From: Myxococcales bacterium
GTDB lineage: Bacteria > Myxococcota_A > UBA9042 > JABWCM01 > BTVJ01
DNA length: 64,000 nucleotides
Assembly (NCBI GenBank): GCA_045863395.1
Contig: BTVJ01000031.1
Span: 1 to 64,000, forward strand
Reading direction: 5' to 3'
Shown: positions 35,071-46,114 of the stretch, piece by piece
Layout: the number at the start of each line of letters is the position of its first letter
How positions within the stretch are numbered: position 1 is the first letter of the stretch
The notes under the pieces: generated by a model
Database searches by the model: none
Seen by the model: only the letters and a program-made list of their open reading frames with translations
What the model was told of the DNA's origin: nothing
Made by a program: the position numbers and the translations under genes

Positions 35071-36408
35071 ATGAGAACTCCCGCCCCCACCTCTCGGCAC
35101 CTCTGGCTGCTCGGCCTCCTCGCCGCCCACGTCCTGGCAGGCATGGCGGCCTGCAAGGGGTCCGACGACGCCGCGGAGGCCCCTGCGGCGCCGGCTGCGA
35201 ACACGAAGAAGGCGGACAAGGGCGCGGACAAGGCGGACAAGGGCGCGGACAAGGCAAGCAAGGGCGCGGACAAGGCGGACAAGGGCGCGGACAAGGCAAG
35301 CAAGGGCGCGGACAAGGCGGACAAGACGAGCAAGGGCGCGGACAAGACGAGCAAGGGCGCGGACAAGGCGAACAAGGGCGCGGACGACGCGGACAAGGGC
35401 GCGGACGAGGCGGACAAGGGCACCGCGACCAAGGGATCTGCGACCAAGGACGCGCCCGCAGGACAAGCGCAAGGCGGACCGGCACCCAGGGCTGCTGCGG
35501 GGACACCGGCCCCGTCCGTGGCACCACGGACTGCTGCTGCCGGAGCAGACAAGCTGGCGCCAGGCGCCCGAGCCGAGGCCGATCCGCCCGCCCTCCCCGT
35601 CACGGACTCGAGCGCCCTTGCTCCCCGTGGCGGAGAGAAGGGCCTGGTCGTCGACCCGGGGCCGTCGCCCGTCCTGGCGCGAGCCGCCGCTCCGGCCGCG
35701 CCCCGCGGCGCCGACGCCGCAGTCGTCGAGCCCTCACTGGCGGTCGCTCCGCGGGGCGCGACGCCCGAGGACAGGGCCCGACCCGTCGCTCCCCCCACAG
35801 ACCGCGGCGGCTCCCCGGAAGCCGGCCCCACCCCACCCGCCATCGAGCGCCTCGGGTCGCCGGAGCGCGTGGCGCCGGCCCTGCGCCCCGTGGAGGCGCC
35901 CGTCCCTCCGTCGGACCGCGTCGCCGCGTCCTCCACGCCAGAGCGTGGGGCGGCCCCGAGCCCGCGCATCGCTCCCGTCCGCCCCGCGGGCGCGCCCCTG
36001 GACATCAGCCAGGCGCTGACCGCCAGCGAGCTCAAGGTGCTCTCGGGGGGCAAGGCGTTCAAGCAGGGGACGCTGGCCGGTCGCGAGGGGGATCCCTCCT
36101 ACAACTCGCTCTACTTCGCCCCGGCCAAGGGCGGCGCCTATGGGGTCGGGGTGCAGGTGTGGTACGAGCCGACCATCCGCGACACGCGCACGCGGTACGA
36201 GGACATGAAGCTGACCTACCCCAACGTGCAGGAGACCGGGAACGTCACCAACTACACGTACTTCGCCTTCTGGAACGACGTCTATTACCTCGTCTTCATG
36301 GGCCTGAAGCAGCGCCTCGTCATCTCCGTGACCGCGTCCAACGAGACGCTGAGCCCGAACCAGCTCTTTGCGGTGGCGACCAAGGTCCGGGACCGCCTCA
36401 TCCGGTAG
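35071..36408 (+). CDS. Lipoprotein with a KGAD heptad repeat, a Pro/Ala linker and a ~135-aa C-terminal globular domain
   Basis: Lipobox MAAC, low-complexity middle, ordered C-terminus (YFAFWNDVYYLVF). Confidence 0.75.
   Translation: MRTPAPTSRHLWLLGLLAAHVLAGMAACKGSDDAAEAPAAPAANTKKADKGADKADKGADKASKGADKADKGADKASKGADKADKTSKGADKTSKGADKANKGADDADKGADEADKGTATKGSATKDAPAGQAQGGPAPRAAAGTPAPSVAPRTAAAGADKLAPGARAEADPPALPVTDSSALAPRGGEKGLVVDPGPSPVLARAAAPAAPRGADAAVVEPSLAVAPRGATPEDRARPVAPPTDRGGSPEAGPTPPAIERLGSPERVAPALRPVEAPVPPSDRVAASSTPERGAAPSPRIAPVRPAGAPLDISQALTASELKVLSGGKAFKQGTLAGREGDPSYNSLYFAPAKGGAYGVGVQVWYEPTIRDTRTRYEDMKLTYPNVQETGNVTNYTYFAFWNDVYYLVFMGLKQRLVISVTASNETLSPNQLFAVATKVRDRLIR
35209..35421 (+). 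repeat. Imperfect 21-bp tandem repeat (AAGGGCGCGGACAAGGCGGAC consensus), 9 KGADxxx units
   Basis: Read directly from the sequence. Confidence 0.9.
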
Positions 36409-36420
36409 GGACACGTTTCG

Positions 36421-36450
36421 TTGACCGTCGTCCCGCCTCTCGCGTAGACT
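36421..36450 (+). promoter_or_regulatory. Putative sigma70 promoter TTGACC-N18-TAGACT
   Basis: Consensus-like boxes upstream of the 36547 gene pair. Confidence 0.5.
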
Positions 36451-36546
36451 ACGCCCTCGCAGCAAACATCACCGAAGCGCCCGATTCAGCGCAACCCGAC
36501 CCATCGGCGGGGCCACGGCAGGCTCCTCCGGAAGACGAGGAGTGAC

Positions 36547-37482
36547 ATGGCTCGAAGTGCCAGCACGATCCACCGCCTCACGACCCGGCTGCGTTGGGTC
36601 GCGGCGCTCGGGGCGGCCTCCCTGCTCGCCGCCTGTCCCGACGACCCAAGCGCGCCGCCCGCCGACACCGGAGCGGTCCTCGACGTGTCCGACGCCGGAG
36701 CGTCGGACGCGAAGGCTGCCGACGGGGTCCAGACCACCGACGCTGGCACCGACGCCGCGGCCGATGCTGCTTCGGGGATCGACGCCCCGGACGCTGGGCC
36801 CCACGACACCGCAGACTCCTCCGGAGCCCTCGACACGACGGACGCCGGTGACGCCCAGGCGGGCGACGCGGGCCCCGTCGACACGAGCGACGGCGCGGAG
36901 GACACCGCCGCGCCCCCGGACTTCCCCTTCAAGACCGCGCCGGGCCCGACCAACGGGGCGCTGCTCGAGCTCTTCGAGGTGGCACACAGGGCGGCCACCA
37001 CCGCCGAGGAGGCCACCGCGATGCACGAGCAGCGGGCGGCCGCGCAGGCGGCCATCGAGAAGGATCTGGAGGGCGCGCGAGCGGCCCTGCTCGCGAGCCT
37101 CGACACCCTGGCGCCGGATGCCTACATGGGGATGGCGTCCCTGGCGCCGCTCCTGCGGGCGACGGGCCCCTCCCCTGCCCTGGTCGGGGCCCTGTCGGAC
37201 ATCGTGATGGCGCCCCCCTCGGCTGAGGATCCGGCCAGCCACGACGTCCCGCCCGACGAGATCAAGCGGGGGATCGCCATGGAGGTGCTCCAGTCCTGGG
37301 CGCGCGCGGGCGATGGGGGCGCCTATGGGGCCATCGTCGCCGCGGTGGCCGCCCCGGACGCCTACACGGCGATGCTCGCCATACGCCACACCTACACCAA
37401 CTCCGCGGACCGCCGCGATGCGCAGCGCATGATGCGCGGGCTCCTGTCGCCCGACCGCGTCTTCCTGCTCTACCGTTATTGA
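36547..37482 (+). CDS. Lipoprotein with an acidic linker and a helical C-terminal domain
   Basis: GAGGAG RBS, lipobox LAAC, DAG-rich linker. Confidence 0.75.
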   Translation: MARSASTIHRLTTRLRWVAALGAASLLAACPDDPSAPPADTGAVLDVSDAGASDAKAADGVQTTDAGTDAAADAASGIDAPDAGPHDTADSSGALDTTDAGDAQAGDAGPVDTSDGAEDTAAPPDFPFKTAPGPTNGALLELFEVAHRAATTAEEATAMHEQRAAAQAAIEKDLEGARAALLASLDTLAPDAYMGMASLAPLLRATGPSPALVGALSDIVMAPPSAEDPASHDVPPDEIKRGIAMEVLQSWARAGDGGAYGAIVAAVAAPDAYTAMLAIRHTYTNSADRRDAQRMMRGLLSPDRVFLLYRY

Positions 37483-37497
37483 GCCGAGGAGGGACCC

Positions 37498-39426
37498 ATG
37501 CTGAAGACGCGCCTGTTGCTCCTCGCCCTCGCGCTCTGGCCGGCCACCGTCGCGGCCCAGCCGAGCTGCATGTTGCCGCCCTCCAACGCCTGGAGCTCGG
37601 CGGCCACCAACGGCGGCACCTTCGACGCGACCTACGTGACCCAGTGGGAGGGCACGAGCCTGTTCGACACCCTGTTCACTGGCCTCCGGTGCGATGAGGA
37701 CGACTGGGACGAGGGCTGGGGCTTCGAGGACCCGGGCGACCTCGGCCTGATGCTCTCGCGCCTGATGAACGCCGCGTTCATCGTGCGCATGGTCCAGGGC
37801 TACACGAGCACCGGCAGCCTGGACCTCCCCGTGAGCGACCTGCCCGAGGAGTTCAAGAAGGGCCGGTGGTGGGACTTCGTCTCCGACTACGGGACCGACG
37901 AGTGGGAGCCGACGTGCAGCACGGACAGTACGAACGCCTCGTACAACCAGGTCGTCGACTGGTACTACCTGCTCTTCCCGGCGGGCGCCTACCGCTACGA
38001 GGCGGTCAACCGCGCCGGGACGATGGTGCATGAGACGACCCACGAGGACGTGGGCCACATCGACGAGAAGTACTGCACGCCCCCGACCAAGTCCTGCGAT
38101 CACCAGTACGGCGAGTACAACTCGAACACCATGCACATCAACTTCCTGCTCGATGGGCTGGTCTCCCGCCGGAGCAGCGGCGGCAAGCTCATGGTCGCCA
38201 AGGTGGACTCGAGCACGTGCACCTACGTGGACATGTTCTCGGAGGTGGAGCAGGTCGCCATGCTCGCCCGGGCCAACGGAGTCAACGCGCGCTTCATGGG
38301 CAGCGTGTTCCTCCCGGGCTGGCTCATCGACCAGCGCAAGGCCGCCGACACGTGGACCTGCGAGAGCTGTGCGCCGTCCAAGTGGAACTTCATCCCCTCC
38401 CAGTGCAATCAGACCGCGTGCAACGAGGTGCTCAACCCCGCCAACAAGACGATCAACGAGGGCAACAAGAGCGCCTGCATCGGGTACAACGGCTCGGTGA
38501 CCTCCGACCCGGCCACCCTCGCCGAGGCCAAAGCCAAGCTCGACGCCGCCACGAAGAGCTGCCAGAAGCCGACGCTGGAGGCCGCCACCGCCTACTGCAC
38601 CGCGCAGATGGACAAGGCCCAGACGGTGGCCGACATCGACGCCTGCGGCTGGCTCGACACGACCAACGTGGCGCCCATGGACAAGCTCACCTGCGTGCAG
38701 CTCTTCTGCAAGCACTGGTACCAGGAGACCGCCGGTGAGGGGTGGGGCGCCAGCGATCCCTACGGCTGCCTGGACTACCTCTGCCAGGGGGGCGAGTGCA
38801 GCGAGGATGGCGCACCCGACCGCTGCATCTTCGGCTTCAAGCTGGCAGAGGGTGACCCCGCCAACTACACGCCGAGCTGCCAGCTCGGCGGGTGCCACGA
38901 CGCCGTCATCGACTGCGTGATGCCGCTGGAAGCCGCAGGGACCTGGCAGCTCGGCGACCCGATCCCCGCGGACTGCAAGCTCAAGAAGGATCTGTGCGAG
39001 CTCGCCACGCGGCTCGCAGCCATGGTGCTGACCAGCGTGGAGCCAACCGTCGACCCAGGCCCCCTGAAGTGGCTGTTCGACTACGCGGACATCACGACGC
39101 CGGCCCAGTCGTACTTCGACTACGCGGAGAAGCTCCTCGGGGGCGGCCTCACGCCGACGAGCGCCTATGCTCTCGGCCTCGCCAAGTCACCCGAGCGGGT
39201 CGCCCTGCTCTATGGCCAGGCTCCCGAGGCCGCCGTCTGGATGCTGGGGGCCGAGAACCTGACCCCCATCGCGGGGCCCAGCGCCGGGGTCGTCACCGGC
39301 AAGGCCATCGTCGCCCAGGATCTCCCGCCAGCGGGTCAGGCCGCGCTCCAGCAGCTCCAGACCATGGCCGCGCAGCAGCCAGGCACCCCGCTCGTGACCG
39401 CGTTCGGCCCCCTCGCCATGCCCTGA
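37498..39426 (+). CDS. Secreted Cys-rich HEXXH zinc-metallopeptidase-like protein
   Basis: Signal peptide ending ATVAA/Q; motif RAGTMVHETTHEDVGH; many Cys in the central region. Confidence 0.65.
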   Translation: MLKTRLLLLALALWPATVAAQPSCMLPPSNAWSSAATNGGTFDATYVTQWEGTSLFDTLFTGLRCDEDDWDEGWGFEDPGDLGLMLSRLMNAAFIVRMVQGYTSTGSLDLPVSDLPEEFKKGRWWDFVSDYGTDEWEPTCSTDSTNASYNQVVDWYYLLFPAGAYRYEAVNRAGTMVHETTHEDVGHIDEKYCTPPTKSCDHQYGEYNSNTMHINFLLDGLVSRRSSGGKLMVAKVDSSTCTYVDMFSEVEQVAMLARANGVNARFMGSVFLPGWLIDQRKAADTWTCESCAPSKWNFIPSQCNQTACNEVLNPANKTINEGNKSACIGYNGSVTSDPATLAEAKAKLDAATKSCQKPTLEAATAYCTAQMDKAQTVADIDACGWLDTTNVAPMDKLTCVQLFCKHWYQETAGEGWGASDPYGCLDYLCQGGECSEDGAPDRCIFGFKLAEGDPANYTPSCQLGGCHDAVIDCVMPLEAAGTWQLGDPIPADCKLKKDLCELATRLAAMVLTSVEPTVDPGPLKWLFDYADITTPAQSYFDYAEKLLGGGLTPTSAYALGLAKSPERVALLYGQAPEAAVWMLGAENLTPIAGPSAGVVTGKAIVAQDLPPAGQAALQQLQTMAAQQPGTPLVTAFGPLAMP

Positions 39427-39464
39427 TCACGCGGCGGGGCGCCCGGCCGAAGCGCCTCTCTCCG

Positions 39465-40988
39465 TCACCGCCCTGCCACGACCCGCACGAGCGCCGTCAG
39501 CCACCGCACGTGCCGCGCCAGGCTCTGGCGGCTCGTCAGCTCCTTCTCGCTCTCCGGCGCGAAGTAGCCGGTGCCCAGGTTGGCGACGGGGATGCCAACG
39601 GCCAGGAACGGGTCCACGCCCGTCCCGCCGCGGATCGGCTGGCGCACGATGCGCTCGCCCACCGCCTGCGCCGCCGCCTCGGCCCACGCGACCAGCTCCG
39701 GGTGGGGCGCCAGGGCCGGGCCCATGTTGACGTACTGGTGCTCCACGTCCACGTCGCGGGCCAGGGCGCGCACGTCGGCGATGCGGGCGGCGAGGCCCTC
39801 GGGGGTGAAGTCGCGGATGCGGTACTCCACGATCCACCCGCCCCGGTGCACGACGGCGTAGGGGTTGGTGTAGCCCTGGTGCCCGGTGCTGTGCTCGCTC
39901 AGGACGGGGGTCACGCGCGCTTCACCGAGAAAGGCCGCCACGTGGGCCAGCGCGCGGCGCAGCCCGTCGTCGGCGGTGATCCGGGCCACGGGCCGCTCCT
40001 CGACGACGGTGGCGGCGGCGCCGCGGCGCGCGTGGGGGGCGATCTCGGCTGCGAGCGCCTCCAGCAATACCCCGCGAGAGTCCGGGGTCACGGCGAAGGT
40101 CACGGTGGCGTCCACCTCGGCGGCGGGGCTCTGCACCCACGCGATGGGGACCGCGACCGCGTCTTCGAGCGCGGCCAGCGCGCGCGCCACGATGACGGTC
40201 GCGTTGCGGTACCCCTCCGCCTTGGCGGTGGCGCCGTGGCTCTTGACCCCATCCACCCGGACAGTGAGGGTGGGGAGCTGCATCGCCAGCGGACGCCCCT
40301 GGAAGCGGACGCGGGCGCGAGCGGCGTTGAAGTTCTCGACGTTGACCTCGAAGCGGTCCAGACCGTCGACGGTGTAGCCGTGGCGCACACCCTCTGCGGC
40401 CAGCTCCGCGGCCAGGCCCACGACGGCCTCCATGCGACCGATCTCCTCGTCGGGGCGGAACACCAGCAGGAGCGGGCCGTGCGGCAAGGCCCGGTCGTCC
40501 GCCAGCACCTGCGCCAGGGTCATGAGCTGCGCCATGCCCAGCTTGTCGTCCAGCCCGACGGGCGCCAGGCCCGGCCCGTGGAGCAGGTCCTCCCCGACGT
40601 AGGGCAGGAGCTCCGGGTAGTCCTCCACCGACACGTGCAGCCGGTCGTTGGCGGGGTAGTCGACCAGGCGGCCGTCCCAGCCGGGCACTACCTGGAGCCG
40701 CGGGACCGCGCTCGTGCCCTCGGCGGTGTCCATGTGGACCATCAGGGCGAGCGGAGGCAGCGCCTCGCAGCCGGGGGACCCGGGTATGCTCACGATCAGG
40801 TTGGCGTTGGCGTCGCGCCGCGACGAGCACCCGAGCTCACCGAAGAACCGCGCCAGCTCCTCGGCGAGACGCACCTGTCCGTCGCTGGACGGGATGGTGC
40901 CGCTCGCCTCGCGGCTCTGGGAGTCGATGGCGATGACGCGCTCCAGGTTGGCGGTGCCGAGGGCGGCGAGGGTCGAGAGGTCGTGCAT
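39465..40988 (-). CDS. pepT: Peptidase T-like M20B metallopeptidase, extended and divergent (507 aa)
   Basis: Motifs IDSQS, HMDT, GLDDKLG, PDEEIG, YTVDG, ENFNAA and PIRGGT. Confidence 0.75.
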   Translation of the reverse strand: MHDLSTLAALGTANLERVIAIDSQSREASGTIPSSDGQVRLAEELARFFGELGCSSRRDANANLIVSIPGSPGCEALPPLALMVHMDTAEGTSAVPRLQVVPGWDGRLVDYPANDRLHVSVEDYPELLPYVGEDLLHGPGLAPVGLDDKLGMAQLMTLAQVLADDRALPHGPLLLVFRPDEEIGRMEAVVGLAAELAAEGVRHGYTVDGLDRFEVNVENFNAARARVRFQGRPLAMQLPTLTVRVDGVKSHGATAKAEGYRNATVIVARALAALEDAVAVPIAWVQSPAAEVDATVTFAVTPDSRGVLLEALAAEIAPHARRGAAATVVEERPVARITADDGLRRALAHVAAFLGEARVTPVLSEHSTGHQGYTNPYAVVHRGGWIVEYRIRDFTPEGLAARIADVRALARDVDVEHQYVNMGPALAPHPELVAWAEAAAQAVGERIVRQPIRGGTGVDPFLAVGIPVANLGTGYFAPESEKELTSRQSLARHVRWLTALVRVVAGR

Positions 40989-41059
40989 GGGGGCTCCTCC
41001 AGGGGCCGCACCCTAGCAGAGCGGTGGGGTCCCTGCCAGTGGAGCGAGGGCACCACCCG

Positions 41060-41068
41060 TGCTATAAC
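41060..41068 (+). promoter_or_regulatory. Extended -10 element TGcTATAAC just upstream of ATG 41077 (probably a leaderless transcript)
   Basis: The -10 box ends 8 nt before the ATG and no Shine-Dalgarno sequence lies between them. Confidence 0.45.
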
Positions 41069-41076
41069 GGCGGCCC

Positions 41077-42411
41077 ATGAAGATCACCCGACGCGACGCC
41101 CTCCGAATCGCCGCGGGGGCCCTCCTGGCGCCAACGGCCCTCGCCGCGCCCAAGAATAAGACCCGTGGCCTCACGCCGCCGTCGGCCCCCTTGCCGTTGC
41201 CTCCTTGGAGCTACGGCACGTCCAGCGCGGCGACGGACACCGTGCTGATGTTCCGCGGCAACCCGGCGCACACCTTCTACGGGACCGGCCCCATTCCGAC
41301 CGCACCGAAGCAGCTCTGGACCTTCAAGCTCGGCTTCCTGGAGCGCATGCTCCGCGACAAACCCAAGCGGTGGGTGGGCACCGGCTGGACGGGGCAGGCG
41401 GCGAAGCTCGGCGGGTGGGTGTTCATCGGCGCCGTGGACGGCTTCCTCTACGCGCTGGACGCGGAGACGGGCGCGCTGGGCTGGAAGCTCCAGGGCGGCG
41501 ACATGTTCAAGTGCTCGGTCTGCGTCTACGAGAACCGCCTCTACATCGGCAACGTGGACAACCACCTGCGCTGCGTGGACGCGGCGACCGGCGAGCTCGT
41601 CTGGTCCATCAACACGGGCAAGGATCTCGACTCCTCGCCCTGCGTCGTGGGCGACCGCCTCTACGTGACCGGTGAGAGCGGCTACGCCTGGTGCATCGAG
41701 CCGCGGACGGGGAAGGTCATCTGGAAGACCCACATCGGCGGCACGGGGCCCGGCACCCTGCTCGGCAGCAACGGGTCGGAGACCTCGCCAGCCGTCGTCG
41801 ACGGCGCCCTCTACGCAGCCACCTACGACGGCGTGCTCCTGTGCCTCGATACGGCCACCGGCAGGATCCGCTGGAAGGCCAACACGGGAGACGACACGGA
41901 CGTCTCGCCGGTCGTCTCCGGCGGACGCCTGGTGATCGCGCCTGAGGAGGCGGCCCCCTTCGTCCTCTGCTTCGACCTGGAGGGCCGCCTCCTCTGGAAG
42001 TTCGACGAGGCCAAGGGCGAGGCCGACTCAGCACCGCCACCACCGGCCTCAAAGGAGCGCACCAACGGCAGCGGCACCTACGGTGGCCAGGGCTACTGGT
42101 CCACCCCGGCCGTGGTCGACGGCAAGGTCTACGCGGCCTCCCAAACGGGGCGAGTACACCGCCTCAGCCTCGAGACCGGCGCACCGGACTGGTCGGTCAA
42201 GATGGGCGCGTCCATCTGGAGCTCCCCCTGCGTGGTCGACGGCAGGGTGGTCTTCGGCAGCTCCAAGGGCACCCTGAACATGCTGGACGCGGCCACCGGC
42301 GCCGAGGTGTGGAGCCACCCCCTCAGCGGAGGCTGCATCAGCACGCCGTGCATCGTTGGGGGGCGCATCTATGTCGGTGACGGGGGCGGGACCTTCCACT
42401 GCTTCGGGTGA
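41077..42411 (+). CDS. Tat-exported PQQ-like (BamB-type) beta-propeller repeat protein
   Basis: TRRDAL twin-arginine signal; repeated blades YALDAETG..W, SSPCVVGDRLY and STPAVVDGKVY. Confidence 0.85.
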   Translation: MKITRRDALRIAAGALLAPTALAAPKNKTRGLTPPSAPLPLPPWSYGTSSAATDTVLMFRGNPAHTFYGTGPIPTAPKQLWTFKLGFLERMLRDKPKRWVGTGWTGQAAKLGGWVFIGAVDGFLYALDAETGALGWKLQGGDMFKCSVCVYENRLYIGNVDNHLRCVDAATGELVWSINTGKDLDSSPCVVGDRLYVTGESGYAWCIEPRTGKVIWKTHIGGTGPGTLLGSNGSETSPAVVDGALYAATYDGVLLCLDTATGRIRWKANTGDDTDVSPVVSGGRLVIAPEEAAPFVLCFDLEGRLLWKFDEAKGEADSAPPPPASKERTNGSGTYGGQGYWSTPAVVDGKVYAASQTGRVHRLSLETGAPDWSVKMGASIWSSPCVVDGRVVFGSSKGTLNMLDAATGAEVWSHPLSGGCISTPCIVGGRIYVGDGGGTFHCFG

Positions 42412-42480
42412 GCGGGGACCGCGCCACAGGCCCCGTCCAGAGTTGAGAACCCGTCTTCGACCAGCAGAGCGAGGTGCGCC

Positions 42481-44097
42481 ATGACCCACCGCATTGGTGC
42501 CCTGTGGCTGCTGCTAGCCGTGGTCGCGTGTGGCTCGGATCGAGGGTGCGCCGATGCCCCTCCGGCTCCCCGTCGGGAGGATCCTCCTCCGCCCGCGCGG
42601 GCCGAGCCCGTCTCCATCATCGTAGAGGCGGAGGCGAGCGGCTCTCCCGACGACGTCGAGGCGCTCGTCGCGGTCCCACTGGAGTCGGCGTTGCTGAGGA
42701 TCCCGGGCGTGGAGGAGGTCGCGTCGACGGTGCGAGCCGGCCACTCGTCGAGCGCCGCCCGGTTCCGCTCGGGGGAGGACCCGCTCCGGGCCGCGGCGGC
42801 CGTGCGCGAGGCCCTGGAGGGCGCACGCCCCTCGTTCCCCGAGGGGACTCTCCCGACGGTGCGCATCGACACACGCCCGGTCCCCGCGGTGCGGCTGACG
42901 ATCTCCGGCGCGCACCCATCGGACCGGAGCCTCGCCGAGGAGGTCAGCCGCCCGGCTCTGCTCACCCTCCCAGGCGTCGCGGAGGTCGCGCTCTGCGGTG
43001 GCCACTCGGCGCGCATCACCGTGCGCGCCGACCCCCGGCGCCTGGAGGCCCTGGGCCTGGAGGCCGCCGCTGTCCGCGACGCCCTCCGAAGCGCCCTGCT
43101 GGCGGCGTCGCCCCTGGTGCCGCCCAGCGCCGGCCCCGGAGACCTCGGGGACGTCGCCGTGGGCGCGGCCCGGGTCAGGGACGTCGCCACCATCGCGGAG
43201 GAGCTGATCCCCCTGCCGTGCATGGCGGCAGATCCGCGGGGAGCCGTCGTCCTCGTCACCGTGCTCGCCCGCGAGGACCAGGCCGAGGCAGTGACGGAGT
43301 CCGTGGCGCAGCGGATCGACGGCCTGGCACTCCCCCCGGACGCCGTCGTGTTGGCGCTCCCCCACGACCCGACCGTGCTGGAGCTCGACCTGCCACCGGA
43401 CGTGGAGCCCAGCGCGGCGCTGGCGACCATGCGGTCCATCGCCGCGGAGGCAGGCCCGTGGGTCGGCACGCTCCAGACGCCTGACCGCGCCACGCTGCTG
43501 CTCTGGACGGGCAGACCCGGTGCCGACGCGACGCGAGACCCGCTGGCGGCCGCGCTGCGCACCCCCGGGGTGACCGTGCGCCAGAGCTCGGGTGCGGCGC
43601 TGGTCCTGCGCCTCACGGGGGCTGACGCGGAGGGCGTCGTGGCGGCGGCGCGCGCGCTCGCGGAGGCGCCCCGCCCGGCCGGAGTCCTGGCGGTGGCCGC
43701 GCTCGACGTCGGCGAGGCCCCCGTGATCCGGGTCAAGCCCGATCATGCTGCGATCGCCGCCCACGGGCTGACGATCCAGGACGTGCTGGAGGCAGCGCAC
43801 CCCGAGGGCGTCCGGGTCGGCGCCGTGCGCCAAGGCTCACGCTTCATCGACGTGGTGCTCCTGCCGGTCGAGGCCCCGACGGACGCTCGGCTCCGTGCCC
43901 ACGATGGCGCAGCGGTGCCGCTGACCTCGGTGGCGACCATGGAGCTCGTCACCGAGCGGACCACCCGTCGTCGGGTCGACGGCCGGCCGATGGCCGATGT
44001 CGTGTTCCACCTGGAGGTGGGAGCAGACGCAGAGGCGGTACGCCGCTCGGTGAAGGTCGAGGCGCTCGGCGTCGAGGCCCGGTGGGTCACGCGGTGA
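42481..44097 (+). CDS. Lipoprotein comprising RND (AcrB/CusA-like) porter and docking subdomains without a transmembrane domain
   Basis: Lipobox AVVAC. N-half motifs: SPDDVEALVAVPLESALLRIPGVEEVASTV, LLTLPGVAEV..GG..ITVRADPRRLEALGL, VRDVATI. C-half motifs: IRVKPDHAAIAAHGLTIQDV, VPLTSVA..RRVDGRP. Confidence 0.7.
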   Translation: MTHRIGALWLLLAVVACGSDRGCADAPPAPRREDPPPPARAEPVSIIVEAEASGSPDDVEALVAVPLESALLRIPGVEEVASTVRAGHSSSAARFRSGEDPLRAAAAVREALEGARPSFPEGTLPTVRIDTRPVPAVRLTISGAHPSDRSLAEEVSRPALLTLPGVAEVALCGGHSARITVRADPRRLEALGLEAAAVRDALRSALLAASPLVPPSAGPGDLGDVAVGAARVRDVATIAEELIPLPCMAADPRGAVVLVTVLAREDQAEAVTESVAQRIDGLALPPDAVVLALPHDPTVLELDLPPDVEPSAALATMRSIAAEAGPWVGTLQTPDRATLLLWTGRPGADATRDPLAAALRTPGVTVRQSSGAALVLRLTGADAEGVVAAARALAEAPRPAGVLAVAALDVGEAPVIRVKPDHAAIAAHGLTIQDVLEAAHPEGVRVGAVRQGSRFIDVVLLPVEAPTDARLRAHDGAAVPLTSVATMELVTERTTRRRVDGRPMADVVFHLEVGADAEAVRRSVKVEALGVEARWVTR

Positions 44098-44181
44098 CCA
44101 CCATGAGGGCGAGAAACCGGAGCGTTCTGAGGCGCCGCCTGGCGCTCGGTCAGGACGGAGGCGGGTGTCCCCGAACGTGCG

Positions 44182-45897
<1,716 letters not shown>

Positions 45898-46114
45898 CGC
45901 AGCCTCCCGTGTCAGTCGGCGCCGCGTCTATCATGGCGCCCTCGGGACCGCAAGGGGGTGCGTCGGTGCCGAGGCGCTCCGGGACTCCGGGAGGGCGCCG
46001 CGGGACCGCCATGGCCGTATCGACAGCACCACCGAAGCGTGTCATCCTGCGAGAATCTGCACGGTGGCGAGCTGCTCCGCCCGCGGTCTCTCGTGGCGGA
46101 GGCTGGAGGTCAAG

